64,000 nucleotides of DNA from Squalus acanthias (lineage: Eukaryota), in NCBI GenBank assembly GCA_030390025.1, contig CM059438.1, positions 55,740,001 to 55,804,000 on the forward strand. The letters are read 5' to 3'. Position 1 is the first letter of the stretch; each line of letters begins with the position of its first letter. A model generated the notes under the pieces. It was not told the DNA's origin. It did not search any database and saw nothing but the letters and a program-made list of their open reading frames with translations. Made by a program: the position numbers and the translations under genes. This document shows positions 12,942 to 23,929 of this stretch, one piece after another.

Positions 12942-15424
12942 TTTCAATGAGATCCCCTCTCATTCTTCTAAACTCTAGTGAATACAGGCCTAATCAACCC
13001 AATTGCTCCTCATACGACAGTCCTGCCATCCCAGGAATCAGTCTGGTGAACCTTCGCTGCACTCCCTCTATGGCAATATCCTTTCGTAGGTAAGGAGACC
13101 AAAACTGCACACAGTACTCCAGGTGTGGTCTCACCAAGCCCCTGTATAACTGTAGTAAGAATTCCTTGCTCTTGTACTCAAATCCTCTTGCAATGAAGGC
13201 CAACATACCATTTGCCTTCCTGACTGCTTGCTGCACCTGCATGTTTTCTTTCAGTGACTGATGTACAAAGGACACCCAGGTCCCTTTGTACATCAACATT
13301 TCCCAATCTATCACCATTTAAATATTACTCTGCCTTTCTGTTTTTCCTACCGAAGTGGATAACTTCACATTTATCCACATTATACTGCATCTGCCATGTA
13401 TTTGCCCACTCACTCAACTTGTCTAAGTCGCCTTGAAGCCTCTTTGCATCCTCCTCACAACTCAATCCCAACTAGTTTCGTGTCGTCAGCAAACTTGGAA
13501 ATATTACATTTGGTTCCCTCATCCAAATCATTGATATATATTGTGAATAGCTGGGGCCCAAGCACTGATCCCTGCGGTACCCCACTAGTCACCGCCTGCC
13601 ACCCCGAAAAAGACCCATTTATTCCTACTCTCTGTTTCCTGTCTGTTAACCAATTTTCAATCCATGCCAGTATATTACCCCCAATCCCATGTGCTTTAAT
13701 TTTGCACACTAACCTCTTATGTGGGACTTTATCAAAGGCCTTCTGAAAATCCAAATACACCCCATCCACTGGTTCTCCCTTATCTATTCTACCAGTTACA
13801 TCCTCAAAAAACTCCCGTAGGTTTGTCAAACACGATTTCCCTTTCATAAATCCATGTTGACTTTGTCTAATCCCGTTGATATTTTCCAAGTTACCTGTTA
13901 TCACATCCTTTATAATAGACTCTAGCATTTTCCCTAGTACTGATGTTAGGCTAACTCTGTAGTTCCCCATTTTCTCTCCCTCTTTTTTAAATAGTGGGGT
14001 TACATTTGCCACCCTCCAATCTGCAGGAACTGTCCCATAATCTATAGAATTTTGGAAGATGACAATCAATGCATCCACTATTTCCATGGCTACCTCTTTT
14101 AGTACTCTGGGATGCAGATTATCAGGCCCTGGGGATTTATCAGCTTTCAGTCCCATTAATTTCTCCAGCACTATTTTTTACTAATACTAATTTCCTTTAA
14201 TTCCTCCTTCTCACTCGGCCCTTGGTTCCCTAGCATTTCTGGGAAGTTATTTGTGTCCTCTTCCGTGAAGACAGAACCAAAGTATTTGTTTAATTGCTCT
14301 GCCATTTCCTTGGTCCCTATTATAAATTCTCCCGCTTCTTACTGTAAGGGACCTACATTTGTCTTCACTAACCTTTTTCTTTTTACATACTTGTAGAAGC
14401 TTTTACAGTCCATTTTTATGTTCCTTGCAAGTTTACTCTCATACTCTATTTTTCCCCTCTTAATCAATCTCTTGGTCCTCTTTTGTTGAACTCTAAACTG
14501 CTCCCAATCCTCAGGCTTGCTACTTTTTCTGGCAACTTTATATGACTCCTCTTTGGATCTAATACTATCCTTAATTTCTTTTGTTAGCCATGATTGGGCC
14601 GCTTTTCTTTTTGTGTTTGTGCCAGAAAGGAACGTATAATTGTTACAATTCATGCATTCGTTCCTTAAATGTTAGCCATTGCCTATCCACCGTCATGCCT
14701 TTTAATGAAGCTCCCCAATCTATCATTGCCAACTCACTCCTCATACCTTCGTAGTTTCCTTTGTTTAGATTTAGGACCCTAGTTTCGGATTGGACTTCTT
14801 CACTTTCCATCTTAATGAAGAATTCTATCATGTTATGGTCACTCTTCCCTAAAACACCCCGCACAACAAGATTATTAATTAACCCCTTCTCATTGCACAA
14901 TACACAATCTAGGATAGCCTGTTCCCTAGTTGGCTCCTCAACGTACTGGTCTAAAAAACCATCTCGTACACACTCCAGGAATTCATCCTCCACAGTATTA
15001 TTGCTAATTTGGTTTGGCCAGTCTATATGTAGATTAAAGTCACCCGTGATTACTGTAGTACCCTTGTTACATGCATCTCTAATTTCCTGTTTGATGCCAT
15101 CCCCTACATTACCACTACTGTTTGGAGGCCTACAGACAACTCCCACCAATGTTTTCTGCCCCTTGGTGCTTCTTAGCTCCACTGATTCTACATCTTTATT
15201 TTCTGAGCCAATATCCTTTCTCACTATTGCTCTGATTTCATCCAATACTAACAACACCCCACCTCCTCTTCCTTTTTGCCTGTCCTTCCTAAATATCAAT
15301 TATCTTTGGATATTCAGCTCCCAGCCTTGGTCACCCTGCAGCCCTATCTCCGTAATCGCAATTATATCATATCCGTTTACATCTATTTGCGCTGTTAATT
15401 CGTCTACCTTATTACGAATGCTTC
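12942..15424 (-). mobile_element. CR1 LINE ORF2 fragment (APE endonuclease + RT), decayed
   Basis: GDFN, LGKSDHN, NYR, FADD ORF pieces; highly similar to 3113-4763 in the opposite orientation. Confidence 0.93.
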
Positions 15425-15469
15425 GAGAGGAGGGCGAGTGGGGAGGAGAGGGGGGCATGCGGGGAAAGG

Positions 15470-15997
15470 GCTTTACTTTGTATCTAACCCATTCTGCACC
15501 TGCCCTGGGAGTGTTTGATGGGACAGTGTAGAGGGAGCTTTACTCTGTATCTAACCCATTCTGCACCTGCCCTGGGAGTGTTTGATGGGACACTGTAGAG
15601 GCAGCTTTACTCTGTATCTAACCCATGCTGTACCTGCCCTGGGAGTGTTTGATGGGACAGTGTAGAGGGAGCTTTACTCTGTATCTAACCCGTGCTGTAC
15701 CTGCCCTGGGAGTGTTTGATGGGACAGTGTAGAGGGAGCTTTACTCTGTATCTAACCCATTCTGCACCTGCCCTGGGAGTGTTTGATGGGACAGTGTAGA
15801 GGGAGCTTTACTCTGTATCTAACCCATTCTGCACCTGCCCTGGGAGTGTTTGATGGGACCGTGTAGAGGGAGCTTTACTCTGTATCTAACCCGTGCTGGA
15901 CCTGCCCTGGGAGTGTTTGATGGGACAGTGTAGAGGGAGCTTTACTCTGTATCTAACCCGTGCTGTACCTGCCCTGGGATTGTTTGATGGGACAGTG
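15470..15997. repeat. 67-bp minisatellite, about 8 copies (GAGGGAGCTTTACTCTGTATCTAACCC...GGGAGTGTTTGATGGGACAGTGTA)
   Basis: Directly visible tandem units, e.g. 15531-15597. Confidence 0.95.
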
Positions 15998-16293
15998 GGT
16001 GCCTGAAATACAAACCATTCTATTTCCCTAGCAATAACATGCCTCACACTGATTCACAAAAAAAGTATTTTAAACATTGATTCAAACATTGTGGAAATGA
16101 ATTAAAATAAAATTGAAAACCCTGTTAGCAGACAGAATTCCCAAGTGAGACAGAATGTAAATTTTTGTTTTACAAGTTCTGAAGGTGACCTGGTGTTCAG
16201 CTGACCCAAGCGTACACTTGTTGAGACTGAACACATGCTCCTGGCTTTGTCGAGATATGTACAAAATAAACATCACTAATGAGACATACTGAC

Positions 16294-16363
16294 CTGGCTG
16301 TGTAACAGCAGCGGAGAATTGGGTGGTCCACGGGGGATTCTTCTGTCCTCCAAACTGAGCCAT
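16294..16363 (-). CDS. CCAR1: CCAR1 first coding exon (MAQFGGQKNPPWTTQFSAAVTQP+G); the exon probably starts at 16412 including 5'UTR
   Basis: Translation matches the vertebrate CCAR1 N-terminus as I recall it (MAQFGGQKNPPW). Donor G|GTCAGT at 16293; pyrimidine-rich acceptor CTCCTAG| ending at 16413. 70 nt, phase 1. Confidence 0.95.
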
Positions 16364-16609
16364 GTTCGGGAATCGAGTGTCTCGCCCTTAATCTTATACA
16401 AGTTCAGTTATTCTAGGAGTTAAAAGGTCCAAGGTGAAGATTAGAGTCGAACTATATCTGTACTAAATAAGCTGTCAGCCATTACCATTTCCTGGCATGT
16501 ATCACTCTACTGAAATTGTTGGTGTCAAAGTGCACATTATTCGGTGTGGTATGAATGGGTGATTTCACTAACGGAATACAATGATCACTGCCAATACGAG
16601 AGAGAGAGA

Positions 16610-16985
16610 GAGAGAAAATGGTAAAGGGGAATGTGGGGCCTTTACAGGAGTGACTATAATGGGCAATAAGGAATCTACTTGCTAAATTTGTACTTTGCAT
16701 CGGTTTTTACAATAAAGGAAGAGGACAAAAATACCAGGGAATCTAAAAATAAGTCAGGGGACATATTTTTGGATTTAATGTAAGTTTAAAAAAAAAACTT
16801 AATGGAGAAAGTAATAAGACTTAAGATCGACAAATCTCCAGGACCATATGGTTTCCACCCCAGGGTATTAAAACATGTTGATATGGAAATACATTAATTT
16901 TCCAAAGCTCTCTAGATTCAGGAATTATGCCTTAGTATTGGAAAATTGCAACTGTCATTCCATTATTTAAGAGAGGGAGAAACCA
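16610..16985 (+). mobile_element. Old degenerate CR1 fragment
   Basis: Recognisable AATGTGGGGCCTTTACAG, GACAAATCTCCAGGACC and TTCCATTATTTAAGAGAGGGAG segments. Confidence 0.65.
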
Positions 16986-17977
16986 CAGGGGAGGGGGAAA
17001 TCAATTGGCTTTGGCTCAGTGCCGGGCGTGAGATCGATGATTGGTTCGTTACATACCCCAGAAGCCGGAGGACCAAAAAAGACCCCACACCCCATCACCA
17101 AGCAGGAGGAGGGCTGAGAAATGAAAGCACTGCAACAGTCACAATAAGAGTCAATGTCATGAGGTTTCCTTCCCTTTAGCCAGAAGGTGCAGACTCTCGC
17201 TTGGGGTATGGTTTTGACAAGGACCAGTCCTCCAGCACCTCACCCAATTAGCCATCGTTCACCATGAAATTTAATGTCGAGTGTCAACAGGTATTCAGCC
17301 CCAGCACCTTCCCTCAGAGCACTGAGACTAGCTGTATAACTAAAGTAACAATGGATTCACGGTTCGCGCGAAAACCCAGAACTTGCGCAACCCTTATGGG
17401 CGTGCACGCACCTCGTACACGCCCGAAGGGGCCGCAAATTACAGGCCGTTATCATTGTGCTAGTCATACTCTCAGGGCAGACAGCCTGTGATGCCAGTCA
17501 CAAACTGAGGTAAACATCTCGTCATTATTCCAACCTCACCCATATGGTAACTCCCCTCTAACTCTGCAGTTACAGCCTCACTGCGCCAATCATGGGCTCA
17601 GGGTAAATACTTCAGTACTATGTCAATTACATCCTTAGGGTAAATATCTTGGCATTGTGCCCATCTCATCATCCCTGAGTTGATGCCAAATGCTCAGGTA
17701 AACACTGAATGGTGCCAATCAATTTCCAGGCTCATCACCCTACACTGTGTCAACCAGTGTCAGGTTAGGTGCCCTATTACAGTTTTAATCACACCCATCT
17801 CATTCTGCCAATCACATCCTCAGAGTAAATACCATAGAAAGAAAGACTTGCATTTCTATAGCGCCTTTCATGACCTCAGGATAACCCAAAGCGCTTTACA
17901 GCCAATGAAGTATTTTTGAAGTGGAGTCACTGTTGTAATGTGGGAAACGCAGCAGCCAATTTGTGCACAGCAAGCTC

Positions 17978-20900
17978 CCGCCGGTGCCACGTGCTAGCGA
18001 GTTGAGGAACAGGGAGAGAGTGCAGATAAACACGTGGCTGCAGGGATGGTGTAGCGGGGAGGGTTTCAGTTATGTGGATAATTGGAGCACATTCTGGGGA
18101 AGGTGGGACCTGTACAAACAGGACGGTTTGCACCTGAACCAGAGGGGCACCAATATCCTGGGAGGGAAATTTGCTACGGCTCTTCGGGGGGGTTTAAACT
18201 AATTTGTCAGGGGGATGGGAAAAAGGGCTGTAGTCCAGGAGCCAGTGGTGAGTGTAGGGAGGTACTGAGGAGGGTATCAAGGTCGCAGGAATGTACCGGC
18301 AGACAGGAAGATGGCTTGAAGTGTGTCTACTTCAATGCAAGGAGCATCCGGAATAAGGTAGGAGAACTTGGAGCGTGGATTGGTACTTGGGACTACGATG
18401 TGGTGGTCATTACGGAGACATGGTTAGAACAGGGACAGGAATGGTTGTTGGAAGTTCCGGGGTATAGATGTTTCAGTAAGAGTAGGGAAGTTGGTAAGAA
18501 AGGTGGAGGAGTAGCATTGTTAATCAAGGATAGTTTAACAGCGGTAGAAAGGCAGTTCGAGGGGGATCTGCCGTCTGAGGTAATATGGGCTGAAGTTAGA
18601 AATAGGAAAGGAGCGGTCACGTTGTTAGGAGTTTTCTACAGGCCCCCAAATAGTAATAGAGATGTGGAGGAAGAAATTGCAAAGCAGATTATGAATAGGT
18701 GTGGAGGTCACAGAGTAGTTGTCATGGGTGACTTCAACTTTCCAAATATTGATTGGAACCTTTATAGGTCAAACAGTTCGGATGGGATAGTTTTTGCACA
18801 GTGTGTGCAGGAGGGTTTCCTGACACAATATGTGGATAGGCCGACAAGAGCTGGGGCCACGTTGGATTTGGTACTGGGTAATGAACCGGGCCAAGTGTTT
18901 GATTTGTATGTGGGAGAGCACTTTGGAGATAGTGACCACAATTCGGTAACTTTCACTATTGCAATGGAGAGGGATAGGGCCATACGGCAGGGCAGGGTTT
19001 ATAATTGGGGGAGGGGTAATTATGATGCGATTAGGCAAGAATTAGGGAGTATAAGATGGGAACAGAAACTATCAGGGAAAGGCACAAACGAAAAGTGGAG
19101 CTTTTTCATGGAGCAATTACTGCGTGTCCTTGATAGGTATGTCCCTGTCAGGCAGGGAGGAAATGGCCGAGTGAGAGAACCATGGTTCACAAAAGAGGTT
19201 GAATGTCTAGTCAAGAGGAAAAAGGAAGCGTATGTAAGGATGAGAAAACAAGGTTCAGTTGGGTCGATTGAGGGGTACAAGGTAGCAAGGAATGAGCTAA
19301 AAAAAGAGCTTAGGAGAGCTAGGATGGGGCATGAGAAGTCCTTGGCGGGTCGGATCAAGAAAAACCCCAAGGCTTTTTACTCTTATGTGAGAAATAAAAG
19401 AATGACCAGGGTGAGGGTAGGGCCGGTCAAGGACAGTAGTGGGAACTTGTGCATGGAGTCAGAAGAGATAGGAGAGGTGATGAATGAATACTTTTCGTCA
19501 GTGTTCACCGAGGAGAGAGGCCATGTTCTTGAGGATGAGAGTGTGATAAAGGTGGATAGGCTGGAGGTGGTAGATGTTCTGAGGGAAGATGTTTTAGCAA
19601 TTTTGAAGAACCTGAGGGTCGATAAGTCCCCTGGGCCAGATGGGATATATCCTAGGATTCTTTGGGAGGCAAGGGAGGAGATTGCAGAGCCTCTGGCTTT
19701 GATCTTTGGGTCCTCACTGTCCACGGGGATGGTGCCAGAGGACTGGAGAGTGGCGAATGTTGTTCCTCTCTTCAAGAAAGGAAATAGGAATGACCCTGGT
19801 AATTATAGGCCGGTTAGTCTTACTTCGGTGGTTGGTAAGATAATGGAAAAGGTCCTGAGGGATAGGATTTATGACCATTTGGAAAGGGGCAACTTAATCA
19901 GGGATAGTCAACACGGATTCGTGAAGGGTAAGTCTTGCCTAACAAATTTGATTGATTTCTTTGAGGAGGTAACTAAGTGTGTAGATGAAGGTAGAGCAGT
20001 TGATGTCGTATACATGGATTTTAGTAAGGCGTTTGATAAGGTTCCCCATGGTCGGCTCATGAAGAAAGTAAGGAGTTGTGGGATAGAGGGAAATTTGGCC
20101 GATTGGATAAGTAACTGGCTATCTCATAGAAGGCAGAGGGTGGTGGTGGATGGAACATTTTCGGACTGGAGACCAGTTACCAGCGGTGTGCCACAGGGGT
20201 CGGTGCTGGGTCCTCTGCTGTTTGTGATTTTTATCAATGACTTGGAGGAGGGGACTGAAGGGTGGATCAGTAAATTTGCTGATGACACCAAGATTGGTGG
20301 AGCAGTGGATGAGGTGGAGGGCTGTTGTAGGCTGCAAAGAGACATTGATAGGATGCAGAGCTGGGCCGAAAAATGGCAGATGGAATTTAACCCTGATAAG
20401 TGCGAGGTGATTCATTTTGGTAGGGCAAATTTGAATAAGGATTACAGGGTCAACGGCAGGGTTCTGAGGAACGTGGAGGAGCAGAGGGATCTGGGGGTTC
20501 ATATCCACAGATCTCTGAAGGTTGCCACTCAAGTGGATCGAGCAGTAAAGAAGGCCTATGGTGTGTTGGCGTTTATTAACAGAGGTTTTGAGTTCAAGAA
20601 CCGTGAGGTTATGCTGCAACTGTACAGGACCTTGGTGAGACCACATTTGGAATATTGTGTGCGGTTCTGGTCACCTCACTATAGGAAGGACGTGGAAGCA
20701 TTGGAAAGAGTGCAAAGGAGATTTACCAGGATGCTGCCTGGTTTGGGGGGGAGGTCTTATGAGGAAAGATTGAGGGAGTTGGGGCTTTTCTCTTTAGAGC
20801 GGAGGAGGATGAGAGGCGACTTAATAGAGGTTTATAAGATGATGAGGGGGATAGATAGAGTGGATGTTCAGAGACTATTTCCTCGGGTAGAGGCAGCTGT

Positions 20901-21175
20901 TACAAGGGGGCATAACTATAAGGTGCATGGGGGGAGATATAGAAGGGATGTCCGAGGTAGATTCTTTACTCAGAGAGTGGTTGGGGTGTGGAATGGACTG
21001 CTTGCTGTGATAGTGGAGTCGGACACTTTAGGAACTTTCAAGCGGTTATTGGATAAGCACATGGAGCACACCAGAGTGATAGGGAGTGTGATAGCTTGAT
21101 CTTGGTCTCGGACAATGCTCGGCACAACATCGAGGGCCGAAGGGCCTGTACTGTGCTGTACTGTTCTATGTTCTA
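17978..21175 (+). mobile_element. 5'-truncated CR1 LINE with the end of the ORF1 esterase and an intact ORF2
   Basis: ORF1 tail (DGLHLN), then an uninterrupted ORF2 and a 3' tail ending GTTCTATGTTCTA. Confidence 0.95.
18082..21099 (+). CDS. CR1 ORF2 (APE endonuclease + reverse transcriptase), open for 1005 codons; true start uncertain
   Basis: YFNARS, ITETW, YRPP, GDFN, SDH (endonuclease); QHGF, DFSKAFD, GVPQGS, FADD (RT); no internal stops. Confidence 0.9.
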   Translation: MEHILGKVGPVQTGRFAPEPEGHQYPGREICYGSSGGFKLICQGDGKKGCSPGASGECREVLRRVSRSQECTGRQEDGLKCVYFNARSIRNKVGELGAWIGTWDYDVVVITETWLEQGQEWLLEVPGYRCFSKSREVGKKGGGVALLIKDSLTAVERQFEGDLPSEVIWAEVRNRKGAVTLLGVFYRPPNSNRDVEEEIAKQIMNRCGGHRVVVMGDFNFPNIDWNLYRSNSSDGIVFAQCVQEGFLTQYVDRPTRAGATLDLVLGNEPGQVFDLYVGEHFGDSDHNSVTFTIAMERDRAIRQGRVYNWGRGNYDAIRQELGSIRWEQKLSGKGTNEKWSFFMEQLLRVLDRYVPVRQGGNGRVREPWFTKEVECLVKRKKEAYVRMRKQGSVGSIEGYKVARNELKKELRRARMGHEKSLAGRIKKNPKAFYSYVRNKRMTRVRVGPVKDSSGNLCMESEEIGEVMNEYFSSVFTEERGHVLEDESVIKVDRLEVVDVLREDVLAILKNLRVDKSPGPDGIYPRILWEAREEIAEPLALIFGSSLSTGMVPEDWRVANVVPLFKKGNRNDPGNYRPVSLTSVVGKIMEKVLRDRIYDHLERGNLIRDSQHGFVKGKSCLTNLIDFFEEVTKCVDEGRAVDVVYMDFSKAFDKVPHGRLMKKVRSCGIEGNLADWISNWLSHRRQRVVVDGTFSDWRPVTSGVPQGSVLGPLLFVIFINDLEEGTEGWISKFADDTKIGGAVDEVEGCCRLQRDIDRMQSWAEKWQMEFNPDKCEVIHFGRANLNKDYRVNGRVLRNVEEQRDLGVHIHRSLKVATQVDRAVKKAYGVLAFINRGFEFKNREVMLQLYRTLVRPHLEYCVRFWSPHYRKDVEALERVQRRFTRMLPGLGGRSYEERLRELGLFSLERRRMRGDLIEVYKMMRGIDRVDVQRLFPRVEAAVTRGHNYKVHGGRYRRDVRGRFFTQRVVGVWNGLLAVIVESDTLGTFKRLLDKHMEHTRVIGSVIA

Positions 21176-21830
21176 AACAGCAATGTGATAATGACCAGAT
21201 CATCTGTTTTTGTTATGTTGATTGAGGGATAAATATTGGCCAGGACACCGGGGAGAACTCCCCATCTCTTCTTCGAAATAGTGCCATGGGATCTTTTACG
21301 TCCACCTGAGAGAGCAGACGGGGCCTCGGTTGATCATCTTATCTGAAAGTTGGCACCTCCGACAGTGCAGCACTCCACTGGACTGTCAGCCTAGATTTTT
21401 GTGCTCAAGTCTCTGGAGTGGGACTTGAACCCACAACCTTCTGACTCAGAGGCGAGAGAGAGAGTGTTGCCCACTGAGCCACGGCTGGCATGGTGCCATT
21501 TAGCTAACATACTCTAAAGACTCACATACAGCAGTGGATAATCTGGCATTCAAACCCTGTACACGGTGATACACAGAACAGAGTTTTTAAGAATAAGTGG
21601 CAACTGCAGTCAGAATTTCCCAGGTCTTGCCTTTTTACCTGACTTCCTCCTCATTCCCACCCCCAGGAATAGGAAGAGCCACAAGCCCACAGCTCTCAGG
21701 GTCAGTACAATACCCTCAGAATACCACACCAACATAGCAATCGCACCCTTGGTACATGTCTCACCACTGTGCCAGTCACACCCCTACCTCGTCGCTGTGC
21801 TAATCTACATTTAACCAACATTTCCCCACT

Positions 21831-23928
21831 CAGACTCAAGGTAAATACCCTGCCATTCTACCAATCAGACTCAAGGTAAATACCCTGCCATTCCACCAAT
21901 CAGACTCACGGTAAATACCCTGCCATTCTACCAATCAGAGTCAGGGTAAATACCCTGCCATTCTACCAATCAGGGTCAGGGTAAATACCCTGCCATTCTA
22001 CCAATCAGGGTCAGGGTAAATACCCTGCCATTCTACCAATCAGACTCAGGGTAAATACCCTGCCATTCTACCAATCAGAGTCAGGGTAAATACCCTGCCA
22101 TTCTACCAATCAGACTCAAGGTAAATACCCTGCCATTCTACCAATCAGAGTCAGGGTAAATACCCTGCCATTCTACCAATCAGAGTCAGGGTAAATACCC
22201 TGCCATTCTACCAATCAGGGTCAGGGTAAATACCCTGCCATTCTACCAATCAGGGTCAGGGTAAATACCCTGCCATTCTACCAATCAGACTCAGGGTAAA
22301 TACCCTGCCATTCTACCAATCAGAGTCAGGGTAAATACCCTGCCATTCTACCAATCAGGGTCAGGGTAAATACCCTGCCATTCTACCAATCAGGGTCAGG
22401 GTAAATACCCTGCCATTCTACCAATCAGGGTCAGGGTAAATACCCTGCCATTCTACCAATCAGACTCAGGGTAAATACCCTGCCATTCTACCAATCAGAG
22501 TCAGGGTAAATACCCTGCCATTCTACCAATCAGAGTCAGGGTAAATACCCTGCCATTCTACCGATCAGGGTCAGGGTAAATACCCTGCCATTCTACCAAT
22601 CAGAGTCAGGGTAAATACCCTGCCATTCTACCAATCAGGGTCAGGGTAAATACCCTGCCATTCCACCAATCAGAGTCAGGGTAAATACCCTGCCATTCTA
22701 CCGATCAGGGTCAGGGTAAATACCCTGCCATTCTACCAATCAGGGTCAGGGTAAATACCCTGCCATTCTACCAATCAGGGTCAGGGTAAATACCCTGCCA
22801 TTCCACCAATCAGGGTCAGGGTAAATACCCTGCCATTCCACCAATCAGACTCCGGGTAAATACCCTGCCATTCTACCAATCAGACTCAGGGTAAATACCC
22901 TGCCATTCTACCAATCAGACTCAGGGTAAATACCCTGCCATTCTACCAATCAGACTCAAGGTAAATACCCTGCCATTCTACCAATCAGGGTCAGGGTAAA
23001 TACCCTGCCATTCTACCAATCAGGGTCAGGGTAAATACCCTGCCATTCTACCAATCAGACTCAGGGTAAATACCCTGCCATTCTACCAATCAGAGTCAGG
23101 GTAAATACCCTGCCATTCTACCAATCAGAGTCAGGGTAAATACCCTGCCATTCTACCAATCAGACTCAAGGTAAATACCCTGCCATTCTACCAATCAGAG
23201 TCAGGGTAAATACCCTGCCATTCTACCAATCAGAGTCAGGGTAAATACCCTGCCATTCTACCAATCAGAGTCAGGGTAAATACCCTGCCATTCTACCAAT
23301 CAGGGTCAGGGTAAATACCCTGCCATTCTACCAATCAGGGTCAGGGTAAATACCCTGCCATTCCACCAATCAGGGTCAGGGTAAATACCCTGCCATTCCA
23401 CCAATCAGACTCCGGGTAAATACCCTGCCATTCTACCAATCAGACTCAGGGAAAATACCCTGCCATTCTACCAATCAGACTCAGGGTAAATACCCTGCCA
23501 TTCTACCAATCAGACTCAGGGTAAATACCCTGCCATTCTACCAATCAGACTCAAGGTAAATACCCTGCCATTCTACCAATCAGAGTCAGGGTAAATACCC
23601 TGCCATTCCACCAATCAGACTCAGGGTAAATACCCTCCCATTTCCCCAATCAGACTCAGGGTAAATACCCTGCCATTCCACCAATCAGAGTCAGGGTAAA
23701 TATCCTGCCATTTCCCCAATCAGACTCAGGGTAAATATCCTGCCATTTCCCCAATCAGACTCAGGGTAAATACCCTGCCATTCCACCAATCAGACTCAGG
23801 GTAAATATCCTGCCGTTCCACCAATCAGAGTCAGGGTAAATACCCTGCCATTTCCCCAATCAGACTCAGGGTAAATACCCTGCCATTCTACCAATCAGAG
23901 TCAGGGTAAATACCCTGCCATTCTACCA
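21831..23928. repeat. 35-bp minisatellite, about 60 copies (CAGAGTCAGGGTAAATACCCTGCCATTCTACCAAT)
   Basis: Highly homogeneous tandem units; no unique spacers. Confidence 0.97.
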
Positions 23929-23929
23929 G

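Larger units (their letters stand above)
17837..21490 (-). mobile_element. Deu-domain-like (SacSINE1/AmnSINE-type) SINE split by a CR1 insertion (SINE parts 17837-17977 and 21176-21490)
   Basis: GGGATCTTTTACGTCCACCTGAG..GGGGCCTCGG..GACAGTGCAGCACTCC core. tRNA-like head in reverse (GGACTTGAACCC...CCACTGAGCCA). The halves rejoin as GCAAGCTCCC/AACAGCAATGTG. Confidence 0.75.

Noticed and set aside
9613..13093. Long ORFs rich in G/E/R or P/S/L
   Set aside because: Translations of simple repeats and an N gap; open in several frames on both strands.
21831..23928. CRISPR-like array of 35-bp palindromic repeats
   Set aside because: Units are head-to-tail with no unique spacers, there are no cas genes, and the context is a eukaryotic intron.
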